Program-made: the position numbers and the translations under genes
Assembly (NCBI RefSeq): GCF_016432865.1
Contig: NC_067401.1
Coordinates: 185,442,001-185,506,000, forward strand
Length of the DNA stretch: 64,000 bases
Source of the DNA: Antechinus flavipes
Lineage: Eukaryota
Reading direction: 5' to 3'
Shown: positions 1 through 36,719 of the stretch, piece by piece
Numbering within the stretch: the first letter of the stretch is position 1
How the letters are laid out: each line of letters begins with the position of its first letter
Notes under the pieces: model-generated
Database searches by the model: none
Seen by the model: only the letters and a program-made list of their open reading frames with translations
What the model was told of the DNA's origin: nothing

Positions 1-210
1 GGGTGTGGGGAAGGTCAGAACAAATAGATGATACCAAGAAAGCACAATCAAAAAACCAAATGGAAAAAATACCCATCTAGAATGAGATTAAAAATCAGGG
101 TAGGAACTGGAAGGTCATTGGGGGTCATCTTGGAAGTGGCAGGGAAAGAATGAAAATAACTTGGTTTTGAACTCTCCCACCTTCCAGCTTCCAGCATCTC
201 CAACACCCCC

Positions 211-23891
<23,681 letters not shown>

Positions 23892-24096
23892 CTACAAAAA
23901 CCCGGCGCTGCCTCTGCCTCGGCGCCCAGTACCCGCTGGGGCAGCCACCGGGTAAGACCTCCTGGGGTCGCGAGGAAATGCCAGCAGGCGAGGGAAGGAG
24001 GACGAAAAGGACCTAGGAAGTACGAAAAAAAGCAAAAGGAACCTTCTCTCCTTCCCTTTTCCAGGGCTTTTACCTCCCTCCCCCAAAAAAATGCTT

Positions 24097-24210
24097 TTAA
24101 GGGGCTAAAGAAAAATCCTTGGGACAGAAAAAGGAAATATTAAATAAGTAACCGGGCTCCTTAACGGCCGAAGCGACAGCAGTTTGTCTCTTCGCCTTCC
24201 GGGAGACCAT
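24097..24210 (-). other. 37-codon upstream ORF in the POLR2A 5' UTR
   Basis: ggaATGG context (G at -3 and +4); MVSRKAKRQTAVASAVKEPGYLFNISFFCPKDFSLAP*, TAA at 24099-24097. Lies downstream of the inferred TSS. Confidence 0.6.
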
Positions 24211-24273
24211 TCCTCACCAACCGTCCCAGCCGCGCTCTCAGCGCTTCTGAAGAGAGCGCCCCAGAGCACCATC

Positions 24274-24280
24274 CTTTATA
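24274..24280 (-). promoter_or_regulatory. POLR2A: TATA box (TATAAAG) of POLR2A; TSS inferred near 24245-24255
   Basis: The minus strand reads gagtcTATAAAGgatgg about 30 nt upstream of the recognisable 5' UTR start. Confidence 0.7.
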
Positions 24281-25056
24281 GACTCGGCCCCTTACTTCCC
24301 CCGCCCCTTCCCTTCCCGCCCTCCTTTGCGCCAGGAGGCCGTAAGCGCTGATACGTAGGGGGCACGTGCTTTGGACGTTAAGCCTCTCTTTCCGGGCCAC
24401 TCGTCTTCCTTCTGGATAATATTAAATTGAAGGGGGAGGAAAGAACTTTTTGTAGTTTCATTGTGGCTACCTCTACCCCCGTCCCTGCTTCTTCTTCCAA
24501 TTAATAGTTAACCTTCCATATTTACAATATAAAAGACCAATGGATACCATTTTTTTCCTACTCTGGAGCACTGTTTTATCTTCATTGAATCGCACCTACT
24601 TCCTCTCACCATCAGGACCGAAATTGGTCTATTCCGTGAGCGCTAAAGTAGGCGCGGCCCCACTCAAACTCCACCCAGATAAAAAATGGCCAGGAAGGCT
24701 GTTGTCGCCTCTCTTCCCATTGCCCCGCCCACCTCACGCTAATGAATATTTAATGATTCGGTAGATGTTTTGCCCGAGATGGCTGGGTTGATTCGGCAAG
24801 TCCGGAAGTTGGCGGCTTTGGCGTAGGGGCCTCGGAGGACAAGCGAGCCATCGCTACCTCGGTTTCGCCTGGAGACGCGCGCGCCGAGCCGGATCTCCCA
24901 ACCCCTTACGACACCAGGAAAGGCCCGCGGCTCTGAGGCCTGTTCCACACCGAGGAGTCCAGGCCTATTCTACCAAATGTCCTTTCCCATAGCAGTATAA
25001 GAATCCTGAAGACTATTATGTGATGGAGATACCCCAGGGGGCTCCCTTCTGTCACT

Positions 25057-25069
25057 AATAAATTTTATT
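25057..25069. terminator. Back-to-back AATAAA hexamers on both strands
   Basis: aataaaTtttatt: plus AATAAA at 25057-25062 and minus AATAAA at 25064-25069, about 600 nt 3' of the SLC35G6 stop. Confidence 0.55.
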
Positions 25070-25625
25070 TTTAGGAGACAGCGATGGATTTGCGATCCAC
25101 AAATAATCAGGATCACTTGGAGAGGGGCTGGCTGATCCCTCCCACCCCCCACAACCCCAAAGCAGAGATGACACCAAGAGCTCACTTAGATTTTTCCTAA
25201 TTTGAGGTCAACATTGTGTCTCTCCCCCACGAGTTTTCCAGGTCAATTCGTAGCAACTCCCTATCACACATTCCCCACCATGACCTGTCATTTTCCTTTT
25301 GGGTTCTCCCTTCTCCAGCCTCATTGGAAATCACCTGCCTATTTTCATTATAGAAAGTGTGCCCTTCATCTCTTATCCTATCTGGAAAACCCAACTTATA
25401 CTTGCCTTCTAAGATCCTTCCTATTTACCTCCCAATCCAGGTTTGCTTTGTCCCTTATATCCTTTAAAACCTCTCTTCCGAAGGTCCTCCAGAGCCAGTC
25501 TTTGGTTTTCAGCAATTTCAATCAAGTTTCCAACATCGTCTTGTTCTTTGACTCCCAATTACTAGTATAATTGAGAGTTACTTTCTCCTCTACATTGAGT
25601 CCTAAGCCCCAACTTTGTACCCCCC

Positions 25626-25626
<1 letters not shown>

Positions 25627-25660
<34 letters not shown>
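25627..25660. repeat. (CA)17 microsatellite at the start of the SLC35G6 3' UTR
   Basis: Direct read. Confidence 0.95.
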
Positions 25661-25662
<2 letters not shown>

Positions 25663-25664
25663 CC

Positions 25665-27341
<1,677 letters not shown>

Positions 27342-28689
27342 GGCTCTCTAGACACCATAGTTTGCTTTCTGCCTTCTGCTGCTCTTCCTGGCTTCTCAGA
27401 GCTCCAGCCATTAGCCATTATGACCTCAAGGTGGGGATCAGATTCTCCCATGGAATCTCCTTGGAGTGGGGGTTGGGGGTGTCATCCCTGAGAGACAAGG
27501 TATCTTTTGTCTCTCTTTAACTCTGCTCTATTTCCTAATATTTCTTGTGTTTTTATCAGGTTTGTTTCTAATTGTGACTATCTCTTTTTGTATCAGAATT
27601 TCTGAACCTGACTTCTCATCTCTTGTATATTGTCATTTCTGAACTCTAAATGTTATAGATCTCTATTCGCTGTCTTTCTCCTTTAGACTTCATCAGTCAA
27701 CAGTGCTGCTTCTTTAAGTCATTTACTGCTGTTTCCAAGTTTCTGGAAGAACGAGTGTTATTACCTGTCTTTTGAAGAGTACCATTGAGTCTTTTACTTA
27801 ATATTGTTTTTCAGCTTCTGACCCTCTCATCTTTCTGTGCCATAATTTTTACATTTGTATAAGTTGATTTTTTTTTTGGGGGGGGGGCTTGGGTATCTGT
27901 GTATTTTGAGTTTCTCTGTCATCTAGTATGATCAATCATATGTATGGATATTTATGCTGGTATATGTTGTGTGTAGACACACATGTGAATCTTATATTTT
28001 GTGCTTTGGCTGAATGGCAGCAAGTTGTTGGGAATCTCACTATGTCCTGGTGTTAGGAGGAATATATAAGGGTCTTGGTCCAATCTTCTCCAATTCCCTC
28101 CTCCACCCCCCAAGATGTGGGAGTTATTTCCTATTCCTATTGTGTTTTTCTGCAATGGCCTGTGAAGCATTCTTAAGAGTCCTCATTTATTTTCTGTGGA
28201 TTGGATATCAGTGTTCCTCAGTAGTGATATGTATATTTCTAGAATAGAGTTGATTATGGTGTCTCCTATACTGTTTGTGTGTGTGTATGTGACTGCATTG
28301 CTACTCCATGCATCTTCTTTTTTGTGCATTTTGTCTCCCTGGCATGGTTGTATTTACATTCCTGCTGGTGGTGCATTATATGAACCTTGTGTTATGTATT
28401 CTTTCTTCTGTCAGCCACCCCCTTCCTTATGCTGTAATGTGGCCCCCTTTCAATACAGAACTGTATTTGTTTTGCATCCACACAAGTGCTGCCTGGTACA
28501 TGTATCCTTTGCCTACTGGCCTAGCCTGGTGGAGAGCAGTTACTGTGGGTATTGCTGTGTAATGTTGTTAGGGGCACAGCTGTCTGTCACCACGAGTAAC
28601 ATGTTACATTTTCCTCCCAGTTGTAGCACTGTGTCCCTGTGCTTGTTGTTGCTGACCCAGCTCGCTGGGGTGAGTGTGTGGGTTGTGTA

Positions 28690-29560
28690 TGCTCAGCGCC
28701 CCCCCCCCCCCCATCCTCTCTCTCCAGGCCAGGCAGCAGTGTCGGCGGTGGGGGACGGTGTGTCTGAGGGGGGTGCTGGGGGGGGTGTTTCCGGGGGGAG
28801 GGGGACCGATGATGTCAGCGGCGGCGGTGGCGGCAGCGGCGGCAGGGCCGGGGCCGGGCCGGGCACTGGGGGGGGTGGGGTGGGGGGGTGGGGGGGTTGG
28901 GCCGGAACCGAAGTCAGAGCAGGAGCCGGAGCAGAAGCGAGAAGTGGCCTTAGCCGGAGTGGCCGGGAACGGCCAAGGCGATGAACTGGGCCTGGCGGAC
29001 GAGGCGCCATCACAGTCAGGTGGGCCGGAGCCAGGGACGCCTGGGCCCCTTTCCCACGTCCCGCCTCACCTTACCCCGACCGGCCTGGGCCTTGTTCCTC
29101 GGACGCGGACGCGCACGGCCGGCCCTTCCCTAGCCTCAAGGCCGGGGCGCTGAAGGATTGTGGGCCCCAGATTAGGGGGGGTCCAGGCGGGGAAGACCCC
29201 GCGACCCCCTCCAGGCTCCGCCCAGGGCGGCGCAGAACTCTTGCTGCGAGCCCGCTGAGAGCACCCGCCTCCCTTCCGGGGCACTGCCAACGTAGACCCC
29301 GAATTAGTGGCATCTGGTGGGCAACCTCTCCACTGGGAACGAACTGCAGGGATGGCTTTGTGCCTAGGTCGTGGGGGGGCTACTGGCCCTTCCACTCAAT
29401 AAGGGGGGGTTGGCTGAGTAAGGGTTAATTATGCAACCTAGTCTCTCTCCTCCCTCTTTCGTCCCCCTCCTCCAAAGGGGATAGGGTGGGGGTGGGGCGG
29501 GGCCGACTCTAGGCTCTGCTTTCTGCTGGGAGTGTGATGGCGTAGTATCCGAGAGGGAGG
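28690..29560 (+). promoter_or_regulatory. ZBTB4: CpG island with candidate ZBTB4 first exon ending at 29019
   Basis: GC/CpG-rich, with G-runs, a GC box ggggcgggg near 29495 and a donor CAG|GTGGGC at 29019/29020. Confidence 0.65.
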
Positions 29561-30659
29561 GAGGGGATGCAGAGTTAAGAGCCTGCGAATGGAGTTGTGA
29601 TGTAGGGGGCTAAAAGGCTAAATAGAGTAAGCTGTGGGGATCTTTTGGCTTGGGATGTTAAGGATATATGGTGGCTGGGAATGTACGGTGACTCTGAGAA
29701 TTGTTTTCTTCTGGGCTCTTAAGATTTGTTTGGATTGGGAAGAGAAATAGGTTAGGGGTTGGGGGTCTATTTATTCAGTCTCTTTCCTACCTCTTGCTAC
29801 GTGTGGGGAGGGTGAAGTGATGTAGAGTGCTTCGTGGCTATATTACGTGTGTCAGTATAAGTGACATTACCAAACATAGTTTGTTATACAGATAGATTAT
29901 GATGTTCCTATTTTACTATGTGTATATATGTATGTCTCATATCTACGTGTTTGACTGACTGCATGTATGCCTTGTTTGATTTATCCCTCCGTGAGTACAT
30001 AAGTACATAAGATCAAGGATCTACAGTTAGAAGGGACTTTAGAGGTCATCTAGCCTAACTCAATAATTTTACAAATGAGGATATCTTGACTTAGAGAGGT
30101 TAAGTACAGTATCTGGCATTTAATAAAGGTTTATTGATTCAAGTAAGTTGTCCAGGATCAGGAAATAAATCAACCAATATTCAAACAACTTCCTTTAATT
30201 CCACCATAGTTCTTTTCCTGGCACTATATGATTTTCCTCCTTGCTCAGTGTCTCCTGTGTTATTTATATGTAAATATAAATCTTACATATTGTAATCAGG
30301 AAATTGAATAACTTGAGCAAGGTAATATGTGAACCACTTTGGAATGTTGGATTATGTCGTGTGATATTCCTTGTGATGAGATAGATGTGTTGTGATTCTG
30401 TGCTCCTGGGAAGTATGCATATATTATTTGTTGTTTGTGTGTTCCTATGATAGATGTCCCCTTGCAGTATAATTGATATCATACCTAGGATGAAAATAAT
30501 GGTTTCCAGGTACACATAACTTTATGGTTTGCCAAGTGAGATAATATATATTATCTCATTTGAGCTTCTCAGAAATTTAATGAGATGTGTAAAAGGGTTA
30601 TTCCCAATTTATAGATAAGGAAACTGAAGTTCAGAGAGGTGACTTACCCAGTGACTTTA

Positions 30660-31370
30660 TTTCATTTTACCAACTCAAGAAACATTTATTAACTATATGT
30701 GCTAAGCAAATAGGCACTATCCTCTGGGTAGAGAGAAAAAAAAAGCCAGTCTGCCATCAAGGACCTAAGAGAAGAGATAATATGTATGTTTGTATAAGTA
30801 CATATAAAATATATATAAACAAGAAAATTAGCAACTAGAGAGTCAGAAGTAGATTCATTGAGCAGAAGGTGGCATTTGAAATGAATTTTGAAACTAGAGA
30901 TTCTAAGAAGTGGGAGAAGTGAGGCAGAGAATGCATTTTGAACAAAGGGGATAATAAAAATTCATAAAGAAAGGAAATATCTTGTGGGTATGGGACAGCA
31001 AAATCAGTTTAGCTATACTTTAGGATTTGTGGAGGGAAATAATAGGACTGGAAAAATTGTATGTGAATGGGAAGAATCTTAAAGCAAATAGTCTGGCTAG
31101 AAAGTGATTATAGTAGTTCAGGAGACATTTGATAAGGGCCTGGACTAGGGTGGTGGCTTTGGGAGTGGAGAGAAAATATAATGGGAGAGATATTGTGATA
31201 ACACAATCATTCTTTGCAACATTTTGGATATGTGAAGTGAATAAGAGTAAGAAGTTGGACAGTGAGGTTGCCTATCTGAATGACTGGAAGGATAATGTCT
31301 TCAACAAAATTGTGAAGTTCAGAATGGGGACTTGGAAGATTATGAGTTCAATTTTGGACTTAGCGTCATA
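30660..31370 (-). mobile_element. L2 relic
   Basis: Begins with the L2 terminus aaacatttattaa..tatgtgctaagc and continues with typical reverse L2 purine-rich sequence. Confidence 0.55.
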
Positions 31371-32112
31371 GATAGAGAGCTAGAAGAATCTATGAGGCCA
31401 CTAAAACCAACCCCTTTCATTTTACAGATGAAAGACTGAAGCAAGAGTTCTCACAGGGTCACAGAGCTTAGAGATAGTTGAAGTAAGATTTGAATCCAAG
31501 TTTTCCTGACTTCAGGTCCAGTACTCTACCATTATACCTTGTCTTTCATAAAACCAGCTTCTGAAGAAGCTGTGTTGCATTTGAGATGTCTACATAACAT
31601 TCACTTTGAAATATCCAGAAGTTATTGGCATAAAATTAGAGTTCAGAAAAGAGACTAGTATTAGAAATATAGATCTGGAGCTTTTCTGCTTAGAGTGCCA
31701 CTTAACCCCTTATATGCTTTTAATTCACTCCTTCCTCATTTCTGATGCTTCAATTCTTAATTTGTTTCAAAACTCAATTCAAGTACCACCTTCATATTTC
31801 TCATCTGATTACCCTAGAAGAATGTTTTTCAGCCAAAAGTGAGAAATTAACTTGTACTTCCCCTCCCCCCCTTTATTTTGTATATGTTATATATGGGTAT
31901 AGTATCTCCTCCTATTAAAGTAAACTTTTTATCTTTATATCTCCATTGTGGAGGTAGGTGCTACAGCAGTTTCTGATACAGAATAGGAACTTAATAAATG
32001 CTTGTTGGTTGATAGATATTCATTTGGAGAAGGAAAGTGATTAGGTTGGTTTGGGTGTGTGCTTCTTTGGCTAAGTTTTGTATTTACCTCTCTTGTAGTA
32101 TTCTTTCCTTTT

Positions 32113-32113
<1 letters not shown>

Positions 32114-32162
<49 letters not shown>
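32114..32162. repeat. (TG)n microsatellite
   Basis: Direct read. Confidence 0.95.
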
Positions 32163-32166
<4 letters not shown>

Positions 32167-32639
32167 GAATGCTATTCAAACGTAAGATATGTGTATAAGG
32201 GAAATAATGAAATAGAGCTGTGTTATCCATGTGACTAGTATTACTTTTGTATATAAAGTGCTCCAAAACTTACCTGTGTACATACTATTGGGACTGTTAT
32301 ATATATTCGGGCCTCTCAGCTGGTGAAGACCAGTGGATTTTGGAGAAAGAAAATTGGACAGGAAGTCTGGGGTTGGGGTAAGGGAGAGGGATGGGGTATA
32401 TGTGTGCATGTATGTGTGTATGTTAGTATTTGTAGGCCTCTGGGTTCATAAGCATATGCAGTTTTCACCAAAGTGGAAGACACAGAATTGAAGTTTTCTA
32501 GTTCCTTTTGTCCTGTGACTATCTTTCTTTGTGTCTCTAAAGTCTTTTCTGAAAAATAATGAGCCATAATCTTGAGCATTTAGGGACAGGAAAGAGAATT
32601 TAATTCCTGATTAGAGTATGTATTCAGGTCTTTGGATTG

Positions 32640-32768
32640 NNNNNNNNNNNNNNNNNNNNNNNNNNNNNNNNNNNNNNNNNNNNNNNNNNNNNNNNNNNNN
32701 NNNNNNNNNNNNNNNNNNNNNNNNNNNNNNNNNNNNNNNNNNNNNNNNNNNNNNNNNNNNNNNNNNNN
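32640..32768. other. Assembly gap (129 N)
   Basis: Run of n characters. Confidence 1.
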
Positions 32769-33810
32769 TGCAAGTGTATGTGGTGATATCTGGGTTTAGA
32801 CACACTTGATGTGTCTCTGTGGATAATGGTATACTACATGTATCTTGGGACAGATGTTGGAGAGAATATGTTGAGGCAAATCTGATATGAGTATGAATGT
32901 GTACTTGGTATGCCTATAGGAGAAGAGTATCTTGAATGTGAACAGCTGTATGAACCAATGTAGTGTATAAGGGGAAAAGCACAGGACTTGCACTGACTCA
33001 GGAGACTTAGTTCTTACTTGGTAGCTGTTTAACTATGAAAAAGCCACTTACCCTATGTGTTGCAATTTCCCCATTTGTAAAATAGGGATAATAAAGCCTT
33101 ACCAACTGCAGAAAAGTTTTTGTGAAGGTGAAATGAGATAAAAGATTATGAAAAGGTCTTGTAATGTTTTAAATATTATATAAGTCTAAGATTTTACTTA
33201 CACATGAAGGTATGTGCCTTAGTCTGGATCTGTCCTTATTCCTGCACTAATAGCACCAATCCCCGTTCAGGAATCCCTATCTTAGGAAGAAAACTGCAAA
33301 ATGTCATCAGAGACTTTGCTTATAATAAATCTTTGCTTTCTTAATCATTTTCTTTTATCTTTGGTTCTTTCTTATTATCATTACCATCTCTCCCAGTTTT
33401 AAGTGCTCTCTGTCCTTTAAGGATCAATTTTAAAAATTCTCTTCTACAAAGCATGCTTTCAATCAGTAAATCAGCACATTAAATACTAGACACTATGGGT
33501 ATACACAAATGAAAAGAAATCATTTACTTCCCTTAGGGAGCATAATATTATGCCAAGGGCCCAACAATACATTCTATGAGGAGATAAAATATGTGTAAAT
33601 ATAAGTATAAACAAAATATATGCAAAACAAATAAAAAAATAATAAGATTTAGGTGTAACAACTTTTGGATAGTCCAAGTGAAGTTAGATTGGCTTTGTGA
33701 TACATTTACATTATGATGTGGTTATCAACTACCATACTAGTAACTACTACTGACTCATTTCTTTACTCTCTAAGGCAATCAAAGAATTATTTGCTTATAA
33801 TTTTTTCCCA

Positions 33811-33943
33811 TGAAGCAATTGGGGTTAAGTGACTTGCCCAGGGTCACACAACTAGGAAGTATTATATATCTTTGGCCATATTTGAACTCAGGTCTCCCTG
33901 ACTTCAGGGCTGGTGCTCTATCCACTACACCAACTAGCTGCAC
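33811..33943 (-). mobile_element. CORE-SINE (WSINE1-like)
   Basis: ggggttaagtgacttgcccagggtcacac...tttgaactcaggtctccctgacttcagggctggtgctctatccactacaccaactagctgc. Confidence 0.85.
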
Positions 33944-35989
33944 CTTGCTTATAAATTAATAGAAATGCATAATATCATTAATTCTGTCTGAACTTCTACC
34001 AAAATTTTATAAACTGGATAAAACTCTTTTCCCATAAACTTTCCTTCTCTTCCCCTTTCCTCCCCTTCTCTTCCTTTTCTCGTTCTCTCTTTCCTTCTCT
34101 CATAGGCTTGCTTAATATCAGTGCTATTGCCTATTCAATTTATTAAGTGATTAATAATGAAAAACACATATTTAGATTTTACAACAATATATTCTGCTCT
34201 AAGAAAATATAATCATCTGTAGCTGCTGGCTTTTCTACTGACATTGGAAACATAGTCCCACCATTCAGCTCTCCCAAAAGGGCAGGGTATCTTCACAGAA
34301 TGAGTTAAACAAAATTCTCTCAAAATGTTTCTACAATTTTCCACAAAAATATTGGCTAACTCAATCTTTCAAGAAAGATTTCTCTCTTGGTAACTCTCAG
34401 TCTCTCTCAGATATAACAGTTAACTCTAAATGACACTTAAAATGTAACTCCCCAACAAGATCCTATTTCCTATTTTAACAATATCCGAAGTGTCTGTAAC
34501 TAAATCAGAATTACACAAGTACGTTAGCTGGGAAAGTCAAGAAAGGTGTTGTATAGGAAGTAGCATTTGAGCAGAACTTTGAAGGGAGATAAGAATTTTA
34601 AGACACAGGTGGGAGAAAGATACATTTCAGGCATAGGGACATAGTGGAAAGACAGAGATGGGAGAACATGACTCATTTGTGAGAAACAGGATGAGATCAG
34701 ATTTAGCTGGATTGTAAGTGCATGGTGTAGAGTAATAAGGCTTGCTCAAAAAGTAGGATAGAGCCAAGTTTGGAAGAGCTTTGGAGCCTCTGCCAGCAAT
34801 GTAGCCCGCTTTCCTCACCTCTTAGTCTTAATCCTACCCTTCAAGATCTAATTTTAGTACCATCTCTTCTACAAAACTTTGACTACTCCCAGTCTTCATA
34901 TTTGTATTTTCAGAATATTAATGGTACCCTAAGCACAGTAGGTGCTCAGTAGGTTTTTGTTTATGGTAAGGGAGATAAGTAGGCACCAAATAATAGATAC
35001 TATCATAAGGAAAAGTGGCAAATAGATACAAATTGAGCTGGCTTGAAGTTAGCAATTTATCCTATCCCTCTCTGCACATAGCTGCACAAAGCTTCTATAC
35101 CAATTCTTCCCTGGTGGCTCCAATATGAATACCCTTCTAGTTTTCCAGTATTTTCACCTCTGCCTCCTTTAAAATTCACTAATCTTAGTTATCTCTTTGG
35201 GAGACTTCACTCTATGCCTTATAAGGCACTGCTAAATTCTGGTGAAACTAGCAAAATGGCTTCATACCATGACAAGAACACTAGTTTATTTTCTCCTCCA
35301 CAAAATGGCTGTAATGCTTATACTGCCTATTGCAAGGAGAATGTTATTTGTAAAGTATTATATCATGGAATATAGCTACCATCTAGTCACATTCCTCTAC
35401 TTTTACAGATGACGAAACTAAGGCTCACACACAGTGACTTGACTCAAGGTTACATGAACCAGCATTTGAGCTAAATGTCAGGAGCAATTATTTTAATGCC
35501 TTTTGTGTGGTGTTTTTCTCTCATATACCTTACTTGGGAAAAGTGGGGATGGAAACAGGGAGAAGGCTAAAGGAACTTGAAATATTGAAAGCTATAGATA
35601 ATACAAAACTACTTTTAAGCCAATATCATTCCATATATTACATTCTACTCCCAGTTCCACATATTCCCCCTCCCCTCTCCTGCTTTTTGCCTATGATGAG
35701 AGAACAGTTAAAATTTTTCTTCCTCATGCAATTTCCTCTGGTAGAGAGTCAAGAAGCAGGCTGGTAAGCATGGATATTAGAAGATAGAAAAGGAAAGCCC
35801 AAGTAGGATATGATTAATCACAGATCCATATGATAAATTAGGTTGAAGAAATTCAGTTTCCTAGTAGATTTACAGCTGGAAGAAAATTTAGAAATCATTA
35901 GTCTAATCTCTTTTACAAATGAATTGAGCCTTAGAGAGTGGAGGTAATTTGTTCAAGGTTACACAGCAAGTTAGTGGCACAATAAGAAT

Positions 35990-36660
35990 TAATACAAATA
36001 TATTTATGTAGGGCTTTAACAATTTGGAAGCCCCCCTAAAATTACTAAACTCTGCACATCTTTTGAAACATCTCTATCACTACTGTGCTTATACCACAAA
36101 AACATTAAAGAGGAAAAATAAATATACAAAAACATTTACAGTAGTTTTCTTCATGGTAACCAATTACTTGGAAATTAAAAGAATGTCCACCAAGAGGGAA
36201 TATCTAATTTTGTTGAATTGGATATGAATGTAATAGAATATTATTGTGCTGTATGAAATGATGAGATGGACAAATTTAGAGGACAATGTAAAGAACTCTA
36301 TGGATATAGAGTGAAGGAAGAAGAACTAGGAGAACAATTTATATGGTGATAATATTGTTCTTTGAAAGAATTTAGAACTCTGATCAATGAAGTGATGAAC
36401 TATGAGGCCAAAAAGAATGAAGATAAAACACAACTTTCACCTGAGAGAGAGGTCATGAATTTAAAATCAGAAAGAGGCAAACATTTTCAGACATTGGCTA
36501 ATGTAAGACTTTGTTTTGATAAATTGTATAGCTTTTTAATAAGTTCTTTAAGTTTGTATTCTTATTCTGGAACCTTTTTAAAAAGAAACATTCACTTGGG
36601 GACAGTAGAAGAAACAGATTAAAATTATAAAATTATCACTTATTGAAAAAATAAAAATAA
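35990..36660 (+). mobile_element. Old marsupial L1 3' UTR relic
   Basis: gaatattattgtgctgtatgaaatgatgag...gaactctgatcaatg...acattttcagacattggctaatgt motifs. Confidence 0.55.
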
Positions 36661-36719
36661 ACCATTTTTAAAAGCAGGAAAAATATGTAGAGCTCTTAGG
36701 GTTAAGATGACATTTTCAT

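Noticed and set aside
28196-28984. 262-aa plus-strand ORF
   Set aside because: Built from GT-rich low-complexity DNA plus a CpG island, starts at a non-ATG codon and has no recognisable domain.
32611-32809. ORFs containing X runs
   Set aside because: Artefacts of the N gap.
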